64,000 nucleotides of DNA from Coleofasciculus sp. B1-GNL1-01 (GTDB taxonomy: Bacteria; Cyanobacteriota; Cyanobacteriia; Cyanobacteriales; Coleofasciculaceae), in assembly GCA_040220235.1 (NCBI GenBank), contig JAVJTO010000164.1; one strand, given 5' to 3'. The notes beneath the pieces are model-generated. The model searched no databases, had not been told where the DNA came from, and saw only the letters and a program-made list of their open reading frames with translations. Of this stretch, positions 32,360-42,833 are shown one piece after another. How positions within the stretch are numbered: position 1 is the stretch's first letter; the number at the start of each line of letters is the position of its first letter. The translations under genes were made by a program, and so were the position numbers.

Positions 32360-33526
32360 ATGTTACGAGTACCAGTTCTATCAAAGTCAGGCAAACCCTT
32401 AATGCCGACTAAACCTAGTCGTGCTAGGCGTTGGTTGAGAGATGGCAAAGCCAAGGTTGTACACAACGATTTAGAATGCTTTGCTATTCAATTGAATTTT
32501 GAAACAAAAGAGAACACCCAGCCAATAGCCATTGGGATAGACCCTGGCAAGCGCTACTCAGGTATTGGAGTTCAATCAAGTCAAGCTACTCTCTGGATGG
32601 GTCATCTCGTTTTACCGTTCACGATAGTTAAAGAACGGATGGAGTTGCGGCGAGTTATGCGTAGAGCAAGAAGGGGAAGGCGGATTAACCGAAAACTACC
32701 GTATTCCGAACGTTGTCACCGTCAAGCAAGGTTTGACAATCGCAGGCAAGCCAAACTGCCTCCTTCAATTCGAGCTAACAAGCAGCTAGAGTTGCGGGTA
32801 GTCAAAGAGTTGTTCACGCTGTTTCCCGTTAGCGCTATTCACCATGAATTAGTCATGGCTGATGTGAATAAAACCAGTGGTCGCAAATCTGCTCGGTCTG
32901 GTGTTGGTTTTTCCCCGGTAATGGTAGGACAGCGACAAATGCTTAAATGGCTGTCTGAATTAGCTCCAGTTGTGACTCATCAAGGTTGGCAAAAAAACGG
33001 CAACGGAACTAGCCAGCTTAGAACATGGTTAGGACTAACAAAAGACAAGACAAACAAAGCTAACCAGACACCAGAGACACACGCTGTTGATGGTGTGAGC
33101 CTAGCGGCGTTTGAGTTTATTCAATGGCGGGAGCGATATTCTAAGAATGCCAAGCATGGCAACTGGGAGGGTGGTGTTCATATAACACCAGCGCCGTTTA
33201 CGGTAATCCGCAGACCACCTATTAACCGCCGGCAGTTGCACCTATTTGTTCCATCCAAGGGTGGCAAGCGACGAAAGTATGGCGGCACGGTTACTCGTCA
33301 TAGCTTCAGAAAGGGAGACAAGGTTGTAGCTGAAAAAGCCGGAAAAACCTATACGGGCTGGTGTTCTGGAGACACCAAAACACAGGTTTCTGTTTCTAAC
33401 GGAAACTGGAAACGAATTGGGCAGTTTACTGCCAAAAAAGTCAGGTTGTTGCAGCGAAGCACGGGTTTAATCGTCGTGCCTTCAACTGGATTGTCAAATC
33501 TTACCACATTGAGTGGCAAGATTTGA
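32360..33526 (+). CDS. isrB: IsrB (HNH-less IscB homolog, RRXRR/PLMP), predicted RNA-guided RuvC nickase
   Basis: KPLMPT (PLMP), GIDPG (RuvC-I), RRVMRRARRGRR bridge helix, IHHELV (RuvC-II), THAVDG (RuvC-III); no HNH/CxxC insert; 388 aa. Confidence 0.85.
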   Translation: MLRVPVLSKSGKPLMPTKPSRARRWLRDGKAKVVHNDLECFAIQLNFETKENTQPIAIGIDPGKRYSGIGVQSSQATLWMGHLVLPFTIVKERMELRRVMRRARRGRRINRKLPYSERCHRQARFDNRRQAKLPPSIRANKQLELRVVKELFTLFPVSAIHHELVMADVNKTSGRKSARSGVGFSPVMVGQRQMLKWLSELAPVVTHQGWQKNGNGTSQLRTWLGLTKDKTNKANQTPETHAVDGVSLAAFEFIQWRERYSKNAKHGNWEGGVHITPAPFTVIRRPPINRRQLHLFVPSKGGKRRKYGGTVTRHSFRKGDKVVAEKAGKTYTGWCSGDTKTQVSVSNGNWKRIGQFTAKKVRLLQRSTGLIVVPSTGLSNLTTLSGKI

Positions 33527-33716
33527 CCTCTATTCCTTCGCCCATTGCTTACGCGCTACGCGCAAGCTTTTCGATCGCTGAATGCGAGGTCTCACGAGGT
33601 TAGCGATGAACAGTCAATCGGGCAAAGTCAGAGCGTGGTAAGATTAACTGGCTTTTGCTGTATTTAAGGCAAGGCTGGGATCAATCCCAGTCGTTTATAG
33701 AATCAGGCATTAATGA

Positions 33717-35009
33717 ATGTCCCTAATTAGCAACAATTTCAACCGCATGAAGCAACTCGACGTTCTTAAAAATTACGCCAAAGCTGTAGCGATTGGTGCT
33801 TATGACCATCATTCTCCCGGTTTATTTGGTAAACATGACAATGTTAGACGGTTATGGGAAGACCGCTTTAACCGTAATGTCATGAGCCATTTTCTCAGCC
33901 CCCTCGTTATCCAGAAGCAAGACGAAGGAACTGATCTGCGGGTGATGGATTTAGGCTGTGGTGCAGGAGAAGGCTTAGGTATCCTAACAAGTTTACCCCA
34001 AACTCCGCCAACACTGGATGCTCAGATTAAGACGGTGCTGGATTATCAGGATATTGGTCACTACAAGGGTGTGGATATCAGTCCAGCGATGATTGAGAAA
34101 GCCGCGACTCTCCATGCTGACCACCCACAAACCAAGTTTGAGGTCGCCGATTTGAATGAAGGGCTACCCATTGCTGCGGGGGAACCTGCCTACGATATCT
34201 ACTTTTCTTCTTATGGGGCATTGTCACACCTCAACGATCGCTCATTAGCCAGAGTGATTGGCGATATTTGCGACCATATAGGAAACAAAGGCATTTTTGT
34301 GGGCGATTTTCTAGCTCGCTATTCCTATGAGTGGCCCCGCTACTGGGGAGAATCGGCTGGGAAGCAATCCACGATGAATACCTACTCGATGTCCTACATC
34401 TATCCCCCAGATGCTAGGGGCGAAATTGAGGTGGAACGATTCGAGATTCGGTATTGGGGTGGCGAGGAGTTCGATCAGTTTATCCACGCCGTAGCGGAGA
34501 GTAAAGGGGTAAAGATTTCCCGGCGACGATTGTGCGATCGCTCGATTTTGGTGGGTCGCCACATGAATACCCGTGAATTTAATCCCGAAGCGCCCCCAAT
34601 TCGAGCGGCGATTAACTCTCTACATGAAATTAACTGTCGCACCGATTTGTCTCAGTTAATTTTTAAGTACAATCCCCATCCGGATCATCCTCACATCAAT
34701 CGCTTCTTCTCGAATTTTCAAGATGCTTGGAATGCAGTCGTTTATGCCTGCATTGAGGCTCTAGATCAGTGGCGCAACCCTCATAAGTTACTTGCTGAAC
34801 CGCAAGCGGGTTATCCTCCTGTTGTCCAAGACGCGATCCGCACAATTCGCAACGTGGTACGCACAGCACCGACACTGTGTTTTGAAGACCCTAGAGCCAA
34901 TTTAGTTGAACCCCAACTTGCCTATTTGTTGCGGAATCTAGAGTGGAACCTACAGCAAGGTTTGGGAACTGCCCATGGACTGTTAGTCGTCTATGAGTTT
35001 TCAAAATAA
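33717..35009 (+). CDS. Class I SAM-dependent methyltransferase with C-terminal extension
   Basis: VMDLGCGAGEG (motif I), GVDISPAMIEKA, VADLN, SSYGALSH. Confidence 0.88.
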   Translation: MSLISNNFNRMKQLDVLKNYAKAVAIGAYDHHSPGLFGKHDNVRRLWEDRFNRNVMSHFLSPLVIQKQDEGTDLRVMDLGCGAGEGLGILTSLPQTPPTLDAQIKTVLDYQDIGHYKGVDISPAMIEKAATLHADHPQTKFEVADLNEGLPIAAGEPAYDIYFSSYGALSHLNDRSLARVIGDICDHIGNKGIFVGDFLARYSYEWPRYWGESAGKQSTMNTYSMSYIYPPDARGEIEVERFEIRYWGGEEFDQFIHAVAESKGVKISRRRLCDRSILVGRHMNTREFNPEAPPIRAAINSLHEINCRTDLSQLIFKYNPHPDHPHINRFFSNFQDAWNAVVYACIEALDQWRNPHKLLAEPQAGYPPVVQDAIRTIRNVVRTAPTLCFEDPRANLVEPQLAYLLRNLEWNLQQGLGTAHGLLVVYEFSK

Positions 35010-35202
35010 TCCTTGACATTGTTGCCTTTTTTGACTAAGGAACGAGTAGAGATGTTCGGTGCAACGTCTCTACCGCACTCACTTTGTCAGGGGAGGGAAC
35101 AGGGAAAAGGAACAAGCCATTGATGGTTAAAAGATGTATACTCAAGAATATAGAAATGTATACTACTTATTTGATTTTAAAGGAGACCTCATATCCGTTA
35201 GG

Positions 35203-35230
35203 GTAGAGACGCGCCATGGCGCGTCTCTAC
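35203..35230. repeat. GTAG-type REP palindrome
   Basis: gtagagacgcgccatggcgcgtctctac; variants near 19390, 29812 and 63810. Confidence 0.85.
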
Positions 35231-35576
35231 ATAAATGATGCGTCCTAACCGCTATGGCGATTGCTATAACAGAAACGTTCACATCTAGCATTCACGGGCT
35301 ATATTGCTCAGGACAGATATGTATTAGCTTGGCAGCTTCGCTACAAATTGTTGGCTTCAGAAAATTTGCTCTGAGCAACAAAGAGTCAGGAATTCGCCAC
35401 CAAGCCAATAGCACAATTAAAGCAGTCTTATGTAGCTTGTTCTCACCGTAAATGAGCCGCATAAAATTCCTTTTGACTTCTTTGAATGTTTAAAAGACGT
35501 AGGATGCTACGTCTCTACTTTTGAATAGCGATACTCGCTGAAAACGGTAGTGCCTTTCACATTTATCTAAACCGGG

Positions 35577-36932
35577 ATGAGCAGGCTAAACCTTATGGTT
35601 AAAATCAGTTTGTTATCTTCAACGCCGCTTTGGTTTTTCCATTTAGTTCCTTACAAAATAGGGGAATGCTTTTTCATTAACCTACTTCCCCTATTTATTG
35701 TGCAAGTCGTTGGTGGGAGTATCACCGATGTAGGTAAAACCAATTCCTTAGTCTCCCTGGCTGGTGTGGTTGCTTTTATCCTGTGGGGAAATCTCTCTGA
35801 CCGATTAGGATGCCGTCGCCCGTTTCTAATTCTGGGATATGTCGGATTTGCGTTGTGTATGTGGCGGATTGGTGTGGCAGACAATCTGGTTCAAGTGCAG
35901 CAATTCAGTATAGCGGCAGGATTTGTGATGGCAGCCATTATTCCTGTATCAACTGCCCTGGTATTAGACACGATTCCCGAAAAACAATGGTCTCAATCAT
36001 TTGGTCGGTTTTATTTAATTGGGGGTTGGAGTTTTGTTCTCGCTTTAATTGGCGGCGGGATTTGGCAAGAACTTGTCTCGGATTCGTGGGGTACTGTCTC
36101 AGCGATGCGAAGTTTATTTGTTTTTGCATCTGGGGCAACATTTCTCAGCTTAATTCTCTGTTTAATCTGGGTACAGGAACCGCAGCAGGTTCGTTCCAAT
36201 CGTCTATTTAGCCCATCGTTACTGGGACGACTCTCTGTCGGTGTGATTGAACGGCGAGTGCTGTTTTATCCATCCCGGATGATTTACTTTATCCTAGCTC
36301 CAAAGTGGTTAAATCAGGTTCATCAAAAACTCTATAGTCCCCTGAATCTTTATTACCTTTGTTCGGCTCTATTTTTTCTAGCCGTTCAAATTGTCTATCT
36401 TCCCTTCCCGATTTTTCTGGCTGAGGTTTTGGGAGCGACCAATTCCTTGATTTTCTTAATTATTTTTGGCAAGGCGTTGATTGAGGCATTTCTCTATTTC
36501 CCCATCGGTCGGTTCGTGCAAAACCATGACAGCATTAGATGGCAAACTCTAGGAACAGCCGTGCGGGTGGCAGTTTTTATTGTTTTTACCCTTCTGGCAT
36601 TTTTAAAGCCAACACCAGCGAGTTTAGTGATGATTGGATTTGCTCATCTGTTTACGGGTTTGACCTGGGCTGTGATTAATGTTGCTAGTACCCTTTCAGT
36701 AGCAAGTCTGGCAACCAAAGGTGAGGAAGGAATGGCGTTGGGAGTCTATAATTCAATTATCGGAGTGGCAACAATGGTGGGGTCTCTTGTCAGTGGCTAT
36801 TTAGCAGCACGTTTTGGATATAGTGTTTGTTTTGCCACGGGTACAGTGTTGACAGGTTTAACGGTTGTTTGTTTTTGGTTACTTGAATTGATTATACACA
36901 GTCACCATAGAAAAGTTCTGTCATTTCGATGA
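35577..36932 (+). CDS. MFS transporter
   Basis: About 12 hydrophobic segments; MFS motif A (WGNLSDRLGCRRP) and GYLAARFG. Confidence 0.9.
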   Translation: MSRLNLMVKISLLSSTPLWFFHLVPYKIGECFFINLLPLFIVQVVGGSITDVGKTNSLVSLAGVVAFILWGNLSDRLGCRRPFLILGYVGFALCMWRIGVADNLVQVQQFSIAAGFVMAAIIPVSTALVLDTIPEKQWSQSFGRFYLIGGWSFVLALIGGGIWQELVSDSWGTVSAMRSLFVFASGATFLSLILCLIWVQEPQQVRSNRLFSPSLLGRLSVGVIERRVLFYPSRMIYFILAPKWLNQVHQKLYSPLNLYYLCSALFFLAVQIVYLPFPIFLAEVLGATNSLIFLIIFGKALIEAFLYFPIGRFVQNHDSIRWQTLGTAVRVAVFIVFTLLAFLKPTPASLVMIGFAHLFTGLTWAVINVASTLSVASLATKGEEGMALGVYNSIIGVATMVGSLVSGYLAARFGYSVCFATGTVLTGLTVVCFWLLELIIHSHHRKVLSFR

Positions 36933-37155
36933 TCAAGATGTAGTCAATGCCTGGAATAAATTGCTTAAGAAATAGCCGAGAACTAAAGTTCTGGCTAAAA
37001 GCTAAAACCCGTTAAAACGGGTTTAAAGACTTACCTTGTTAGCTACCTCCTTTATATTCTAGTCCGCGTATATTCTAGTCCGCGCAGGCGGACTTTGTTT
37101 GTGTAGCTGCGACTTCCAGTCGCCATGGCAAAAAGGGGGTTTCTGAACTGATACT

Positions 37156-37362
37156 CTATGACTCTTCTGACACTTGCTCTAATTCTCGCAGCGCCTGTTG
37201 ACCTGCACCAACGGCTAATCCCATCACCCCGCCAATTGTGGCATATTGAGACATGGCATTGGGTCGCTGATCGGCATGATTAATTTCAGCCACGCCGATG
37301 CCTAAGATTACACCCGCAATGCCAGTGATAATGCTGGAGAAAATAATTCGCTTACTATTCAT
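37156..37362 (-). CDS. Small two-TM hypothetical membrane protein
   Basis: 68 aa with two Gly-rich hydrophobic helices. Confidence 0.7.
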   Translation of the reverse strand: MNSKRIIFSSIITGIAGVILGIGVAEINHADQRPNAMSQYATIGGVMGLAVGAGQQALRELEQVSEES

Positions 37363-37544
37363 TTTCCCTAACCTAAACTTAAAAAAACTGTAGTAATTTG
37401 CTGTATTCTACGTTTACATTTACCAAAGATTAGGGAAACTGGAGTTCTCAAGCCAATTTTTGCAACAAAATTATGGCTTTGTTAACATTAGATAATTTTT
37501 GTTCATCGTTTTTGATGAATTTGGCGGCATTCCTTTAACGAATA

Positions 37545-40500
37545 TTACCGCATTGTTACTTCAGGCTTCGGCTCAAGTTCTTTTGTCTGCGGTGTCTTCT
37601 GGTTTTTGCCAGGGGAATTAAATAAGCGATCGCTCCCCGATTTGATCACAATATAGAGGATAGGAACCACAAATAGACTCAGGAACGTGGCGACAAACAT
37701 TCCCCCGAACACCGCCGTTCCCAGGGATTGACGGCTTCCTGATCCTGCACCCGTCGCAATCACCAGAGGGAAAATCCCGAACAATGTAGAAATCGCCGTC
37801 ATCAAAATCGGTCGTAAACGTTGCTGCGCCGCCTCAATCGCCGCTTTCCTCAGCGTCAACCCTTGGTCGCGTAGCTGGTTGGCAAATTCTACAATCAGAA
37901 TCGAGTTCTTACTGGCTAAACCAATCAGCATCACCAAGCCAATCTGACAATAGACATCATTGGGTAAACCCCGCAACGATTGCGCCAATAACGCCCCTAA
38001 AATCGCCAGAGGAACCGCCAAGAGAATAATAATCGGGTCGATATAACTTTCGTATTGAGCCGCCAACACCAAGAAGACAAACACTAAGCCAAAGCCGAAA
38101 ATAATCGTCGCTTGACCGCCAGACTGGATTTCCTCCAGGGATAATCCAGACCATTCATAGCCTAATCCTGGCGGTAATACCTCAGCAGCGACTTCTTCCA
38201 TGGCTTGAATCGCGTCTCCCGAACTGACTCCTTGCGCGGCTGACCCATTAATCTCAATTGAGCGGAACAAGTTATAGTGATTAATGGTTTGCGCCCCTGT
38301 GGTTTGCGTCACCGTGACCAAATTCCCCAAGGGAATCATTTCATCTCGTTCGGAACGCACATAGAGTTGATTAATATCCTCAGGATTTGAGCGGAATTGG
38401 GCGTCAGCTTGAACATAAACCCGATAGGTGCGTCGTTCCAGGGTAAAGTCATTCACATAACGCGACCCTAAATAGGTCTGCAACGTATCAAAGATATCAT
38501 CAATATCCACCTCCAACGCCTTCGCCCGGTTACGATTCACCTCAATCTGTAACTGGGGGGTATTGGCTTGATAAAAACTCACTACCTGCTCTAACTGGGG
38601 ATTCTGATTCGCCGCACCTAGCAATTTCCCCATATTTTCAATCAACGTCTCTAAGCTAAAATTACCTCGGCGGTCTTGCAGTTGAAATTGGAAGCCGTTA
38701 ACACTACCTAATCCCCGAATGGAAGGTGGGTTAAAAGGCAAGACTCTGGCTTCTTTAATCCCAAATAAAGCACCCCGGACTTTATTAATAATCGCTTCGG
38801 CAGATTGAGACGGATCAGTTCGTTCTGACCAAGGCTTCAGCGTGGTAAAAACGACACCACTATTCGCCGTATTGCCACTAAAGCTAAAACCACCCACGGC
38901 AAACGTAGCTCTGATTTCATCCAAGGGTAAAATAATATCTTCAATCTGCTCAATCACATCATGAGTGTAGTTGAGTGACGAACCTTCCGGTCCTTGAACA
39001 ATCGTAATAAAATAACCTTGGTCTTCATCGGGGAGAAACGCACCTGGAACCTTATCGTAAACCCAAGTTGTTACTGCTAATAAACCAATAAACACCACAA
39101 TCACCAGGGTTTTCACGCGAGTTAGGATAATCAAAACTCGCCGATATCGCCGCTGCATTCCGTCTAAGAACCGATTAAATCCGTCAAACAAGTGACCCCA
39201 AAACCCCGTCGCCTCTGGCTTTTGCCGCAAGATTAAGCCAGAAAGGGTTGGCGTCAATGTCAGCGCCATAAATGTGGAAACGGCAATTGAAAAGGCAATG
39301 GTTAACGCAAATTGTCGGTATAACGCCCCCGTTGTTCCGGGGAAGAAAGCGACGGGAATAAACACCGCCATTAACACCAATGACGTAGCAATAATTGCCC
39401 CCACCAATTCCCGCATGGAAATAATCGCCGCTTGTCGAGACTTAATCCCGCCACGTTGAATCTTTGTGGTGATATCTTCAACCACCACAATCGCATCATC
39501 CACCACCATCCCTGTGGCTAAGGTCAACCCAAATAAGGTCAAACTGTTAATCGAAAAATCAAAAATCTTGACAAAGGCAAACGTACCAATTAAGGATACC
39601 GGAATTGTAATTGCGGGAATAATCGTAGTACGCCAATCCTGTAAAAAGACAAAAATAACCAACACCACCAATCCCACCGCTTTAAACAGCGTGAATATCA
39701 CTTCCGAGAGGGACTGATTCACATAATCGGTCGTATCAAATCCAATATCATAAGTCATCCCCGCCGGGAACTGCTGCGCCAATTTTGCCATTTCCGCTTT
39801 CACCGCAGCGGCGACTTCTAAAGCGTTACTCCCAGGAACAGCAATAATTCCCAATCCGACGGCTTCATTTGCCCGAAATCGCAGAAACGTGCCATAACTT
39901 TGCGCCCCCAATTCCACACGTCCCACATCTTTAAGTTTAATCAGCGTGCCATCTTCATTCGTGGCTAAAATCAGTTCCTCAAAATCTGAAACCGTTTCCA
40001 AGCGACTAATTGCCCGTAAATCAATTTGATATTGCTGTCCCTCTGGCGCGGGGGGTTGACCGATACGCCCTGCGCCGACTTGGATATTCTGTTCCCGCAG
40101 TGCATCCACCACATCTTGCGCCGTCAGATTCCGACTCGCCAGACGCAGGGGGTCAAGCCAAAGCCGCATCGCATAAGTACGTTCGCCAAAAATTTGCACA
40201 TTTCCCACCCCATTCACCCGTTTTAGGGCGTCTACCAAATACAAGTCAGCGTAGTTACTTAAAAAGAGATTATCGTACTCACCATTTTCTGAGTACAAAC
40301 CAAATCCCATCAGGAAATTGGTAGATTCTTTATTTACCGTCACCCCAGTTTGGAGTACAGATTCTGGTAATTGAGGTTCGGCTAAAGAGACGCGATTTTG
40401 CACATCAACTGCGGCAATATCTTGATCTTTATCTGGGGCAAAGGTGATATTAATCGAACTGGTGCCATCATTGCTACTACTGGAGGTCATGTAGCGCATT

Positions 40501-40724
40501 CCATCAACACCATTAATTGACCGTTCTAAGATAGTCGTTACGGCATTTTCCACGGTTTGAGCATCAGCACCGTTATAGTTCGCCTGGACACTAACTTGTT
40601 TGGGACTAATATCGGGATATTGGGCAACGGGAAGCGTGGGAATACTAATTGCTCCGATTAACAGGACAATCAGGGAGCAAACAGTTGTAAATACAGGTCG
40701 TTTAATAAAAAATTCGACAAACAT
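37545..40724 (-). CDS. RND efflux permease (AcrB/HAE1 family)
   Basis: [47 protein letters not shown]. Confidence 0.96.
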   Translation of the reverse strand: MFVEFFIKRPVFTTVCSLIVLLIGAISIPTLPVAQYPDISPKQVSVQANYNGADAQTVENAVTTILERSINGVDGMRYMTSSSSNDGTSSINITFAPDKDQDIAAVDVQNRVSLAEPQLPESVLQTGVTVNKESTNFLMGFGLYSENGEYDNLFLSNYADLYLVDALKRVNGVGNVQIFGERTYAMRLWLDPLRLASRNLTAQDVVDALREQNIQVGAGRIGQPPAPEGQQYQIDLRAISRLETVSDFEELILATNEDGTLIKLKDVGRVELGAQSYGTFLRFRANEAVGLGIIAVPGSNALEVAAAVKAEMAKLAQQFPAGMTYDIGFDTTDYVNQSLSEVIFTLFKAVGLVVLVIFVFLQDWRTTIIPAITIPVSLIGTFAFVKIFDFSINSLTLFGLTLATGMVVDDAIVVVEDITTKIQRGGIKSRQAAIISMRELVGAIIATSLVLMAVFIPVAFFPGTTGALYRQFALTIAFSIAVSTFMALTLTPTLSGLILRQKPEATGFWGHLFDGFNRFLDGMQRRYRRVLIILTRVKTLVIVVFIGLLAVTTWVYDKVPGAFLPDEDQGYFITIVQGPEGSSLNYTHDVIEQIEDIILPLDEIRATFAVGGFSFSGNTANSGVVFTTLKPWSERTDPSQSAEAIINKVRGALFGIKEARVLPFNPPSIRGLGSVNGFQFQLQDRRGNFSLETLIENMGKLLGAANQNPQLEQVVSFYQANTPQLQIEVNRNRAKALEVDIDDIFDTLQTYLGSRYVNDFTLERRTYRVYVQADAQFRSNPEDINQLYVRSERDEMIPLGNLVTVTQTTGAQTINHYNLFRSIEINGSAAQGVSSGDAIQAMEEVAAEVLPPGLGYEWSGLSLEEIQSGGQATIIFGFGLVFVFLVLAAQYESYIDPIIILLAVPLAILGALLAQSLRGLPNDVYCQIGLVMLIGLASKNSILIVEFANQLRDQGLTLRKAAIEAAQQRLRPILMTAISTLFGIFPLVIATGAGSGSRQSLGTAVFGGMFVATFLSLFVVPILYIVIKSGSDRLFNSPGKNQKTPQTKELEPKPEVTMR

Positions 40725-40732
40725 TTTTTAGG

Positions 40733-40858
40733 GGAACAGGGAATGGGGAACAGGGAACAGGGAATAGGCAACAGGCAATAGGCAATAGGCAATAGGCAAT
40801 AGGCAATAGGCAATAGGCAATAGGCAATAGGCAATAGGCAATAGGCAACAGGCAACAG
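40733..40858. repeat. Long STRR tract (gggaaca/ggcaata)n between the RND genes
   Basis: More than ten tandem 7-mers, followed by a gggcgggtt...aacccgccc REP. Confidence 0.92.
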
Positions 40859-40987
40859 GGATGTAGGGGCGGGTTGTACCGATAAATTATGGCTACGCAG
40901 TGACAATTTGACTAAACCCGCCCTTCTAAATGCAAAGGGAACAAACAAATGACAAATGACCAATGACAAATGACCAATGAGCAATAA

Positions 40988-42439
40988 CTAAGAATCTGGC
41001 ATAATCGGAGCGCCATCAGACAAATTAAGGATACCGGAGACAACGATTGTATCGCCAGGTTCTATCCCCTCGATAACTTGGTATCGATTCCCTTGTATAC
41101 CACCCAACGTCACAGGGCGTTGCTTGGCGATGAGTTCAGGTGCGCCCGGTTTAACTTCCTCCGGCGGTTGTGCTACAAACACAAAAGGTTTTCCCGCCAG
41201 ACGCGATACAGCATTAACCGGAATTAACACGCCTGGACGTTTTTCCCAGATGACTCGTGCATCCACTTTCTGTTGATCGTACAGGCGACCATTTGGATTA
41301 GAAAATGTGGCTTTTGTCAAGAGAGTTTGAGTATTTTTATCCACTTGCGGTGAGATAAAGCTAATCCGCCCTGTTGCGATCGCAGGTTCAGTATCTGGGA
41401 TACCTTGATTTCGCAACTCAACAGTGAGTCCCTGACGCATCCTTTCTTTGTCCTGTTCGTCAATCGGGATTTCGACTTCTAGGGTTTGGTTTTGAGTAAT
41501 GGTGGTTAGAGTATCGCCCACATTTACATAGTCTCCCACTTTGACGGGAATATCCCCAACCACTCCATCAATGGGAGCGACGACGCGATTCGATTGCAAA
41601 TCTTCCTCCTCTACCGCCACATCCGCCCTTGCACTAGATAAGTTAGCAGCGACTCTAGCTTCCGTGGCTTGAGCCGCTTTGACTCGTTCTTGTGCGACAT
41701 TCAGGGCTTCCTTGGAGGCGGCTAAGGCTTGAGCGGCTGCATCACGAGCAGCGATCGCTTGATTGCGATCGCGTGTTTTATCATCGAGTTCTTGTCTGGG
41801 TTGAACCCCCTGAGATACCAACTGTTCAGCGCGTTGATAGTTCACCCGCGCCAGTTCTAGTTCCGCTTCTCGGCTTTGCAATTCAGCCGCTTGACGTCCC
41901 TCTTCCGCTTTGAGACGAGCAATATCGGCTTGGGCGGCTCTGACTTCCGCTTGTGCATTATTCAGGGTAGCGGTTTGTGCATTCACATTGGCGATCGCAC
42001 TTCTGAGTTCCGCTTCACTGCGTTCTGGCTTCAGTTGTAGAATTAAATCTCCAGCTTGGACGCGATCGCCTGATGAAGCAACGATTCGGGTAATTCGACC
42101 CGCCGTTTCAGGTCGCAATTCTACCTTTTCTTTTGCCTCTAAGGTACTCACAAACACAGAACTGTCTTCCAGGGTACTTGATTCGACTTGCTCCAGTTTT
42201 ACCGGAGTGGCTTGAGATTGCTGAGACGTTGGCGGTGAGTTATTTTGCAGTAGAAAACGCCAAGCCGCCCAACCCCCACCGCCGAAAACTAACAGGGTGA
42301 GTAACAATCCCAGCCATAATTTCGGCGTGGGTGATGATTTTCGTATGGGTTGGTCTGCCTCAGAGATAATAGAATCCGAGGATTCCCACTCTTGGTTTGA
42401 AGGTTCAGGAATAGAGGTTTGGGAGTCGGAGGATGCCAT
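40988..42439 (-). CDS. RND periplasmic adaptor (membrane fusion protein)
   Basis: N-terminal TM, lipoyl-like halves (GDRVQAGD; APIDGVVG..VKVGDYV) and a long coiled coil; likely start MASSDS at 42439 (track start 42487). Confidence 0.92.
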   Translation of the reverse strand: MASSDSQTSIPEPSNQEWESSDSIISEADQPIRKSSPTPKLWLGLLLTLLVFGGGGWAAWRFLLQNNSPPTSQQSQATPVKLEQVESSTLEDSSVFVSTLEAKEKVELRPETAGRITRIVASSGDRVQAGDLILQLKPERSEAELRSAIANVNAQTATLNNAQAEVRAAQADIARLKAEEGRQAAELQSREAELELARVNYQRAEQLVSQGVQPRQELDDKTRDRNQAIAARDAAAQALAASKEALNVAQERVKAAQATEARVAANLSSARADVAVEEEDLQSNRVVAPIDGVVGDIPVKVGDYVNVGDTLTTITQNQTLEVEIPIDEQDKERMRQGLTVELRNQGIPDTEPAIATGRISFISPQVDKNTQTLLTKATFSNPNGRLYDQQKVDARVIWEKRPGVLIPVNAVSRLAGKPFVFVAQPPEEVKPGAPELIAKQRPVTLGGIQGNRYQVIEGIEPGDTIVVSGILNLSDGAPIMPDS

Positions 42440-42833
42440 AGTTGTGTTCTGATGATGGAAGTACTCGGATTTTGCGCTACAGTCCATCAGTGGATTGTGG
42501 GTTCAGATGGTGAGAACTGTCAGGCAATGCCGCCAGTCAGGAGGTAAACTTGTCCTCACCTGTTTATATTACTTAAGACTTGGGAAAAATATATCCTCCA
42601 GTCGGGTGTATCGAGTTGGGGAACTCCTAGTGAAAGAGGACAATCCTCACGTCCACGACAAGAGGAGCAAATTGCCAACCCATCAACGTTAAATTGAAGA
42701 CGAGAAGAGGCAATAACAATGACCGAGGCATTGCAATATCTATCTTCCGCTAGATAGCTATCTCTGGAAAATACCGCTTATGATAAGCATCATGTTTAAA
42801 CAATCCTTATTTTACCCTAAGGGGATCAAATAA

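Larger units (their letters stand above)
32056..33605 (+). mobile_element. Non-autonomous IS200/IS605-superfamily OMEGA element (omegaRNA + isrB)
   Basis: 5' end ttcaa followed by hairpin ccccaactt/aagttgggg (32064-32090); 3' hairpins at about 33525-33592; next bases ATGAA (33606-33610); no tnpA. Boundaries are approximate. Confidence 0.75.

Noticed and set aside
32360..33526. IscB, Cas9 or TnpB call
   Set aside because: No HNH or CxxC motifs between RuvC-II and RuvC-III, and the PLMP N-terminus excludes TnpB; IsrB fits best
40670..40984. 104-aa ORF with (LLPIAYC)n repeats that looks like a RiPP precursor
   Set aside because: It is the translation of the 7-bp STRR tract and adjacent REP; no modification enzymes nearby
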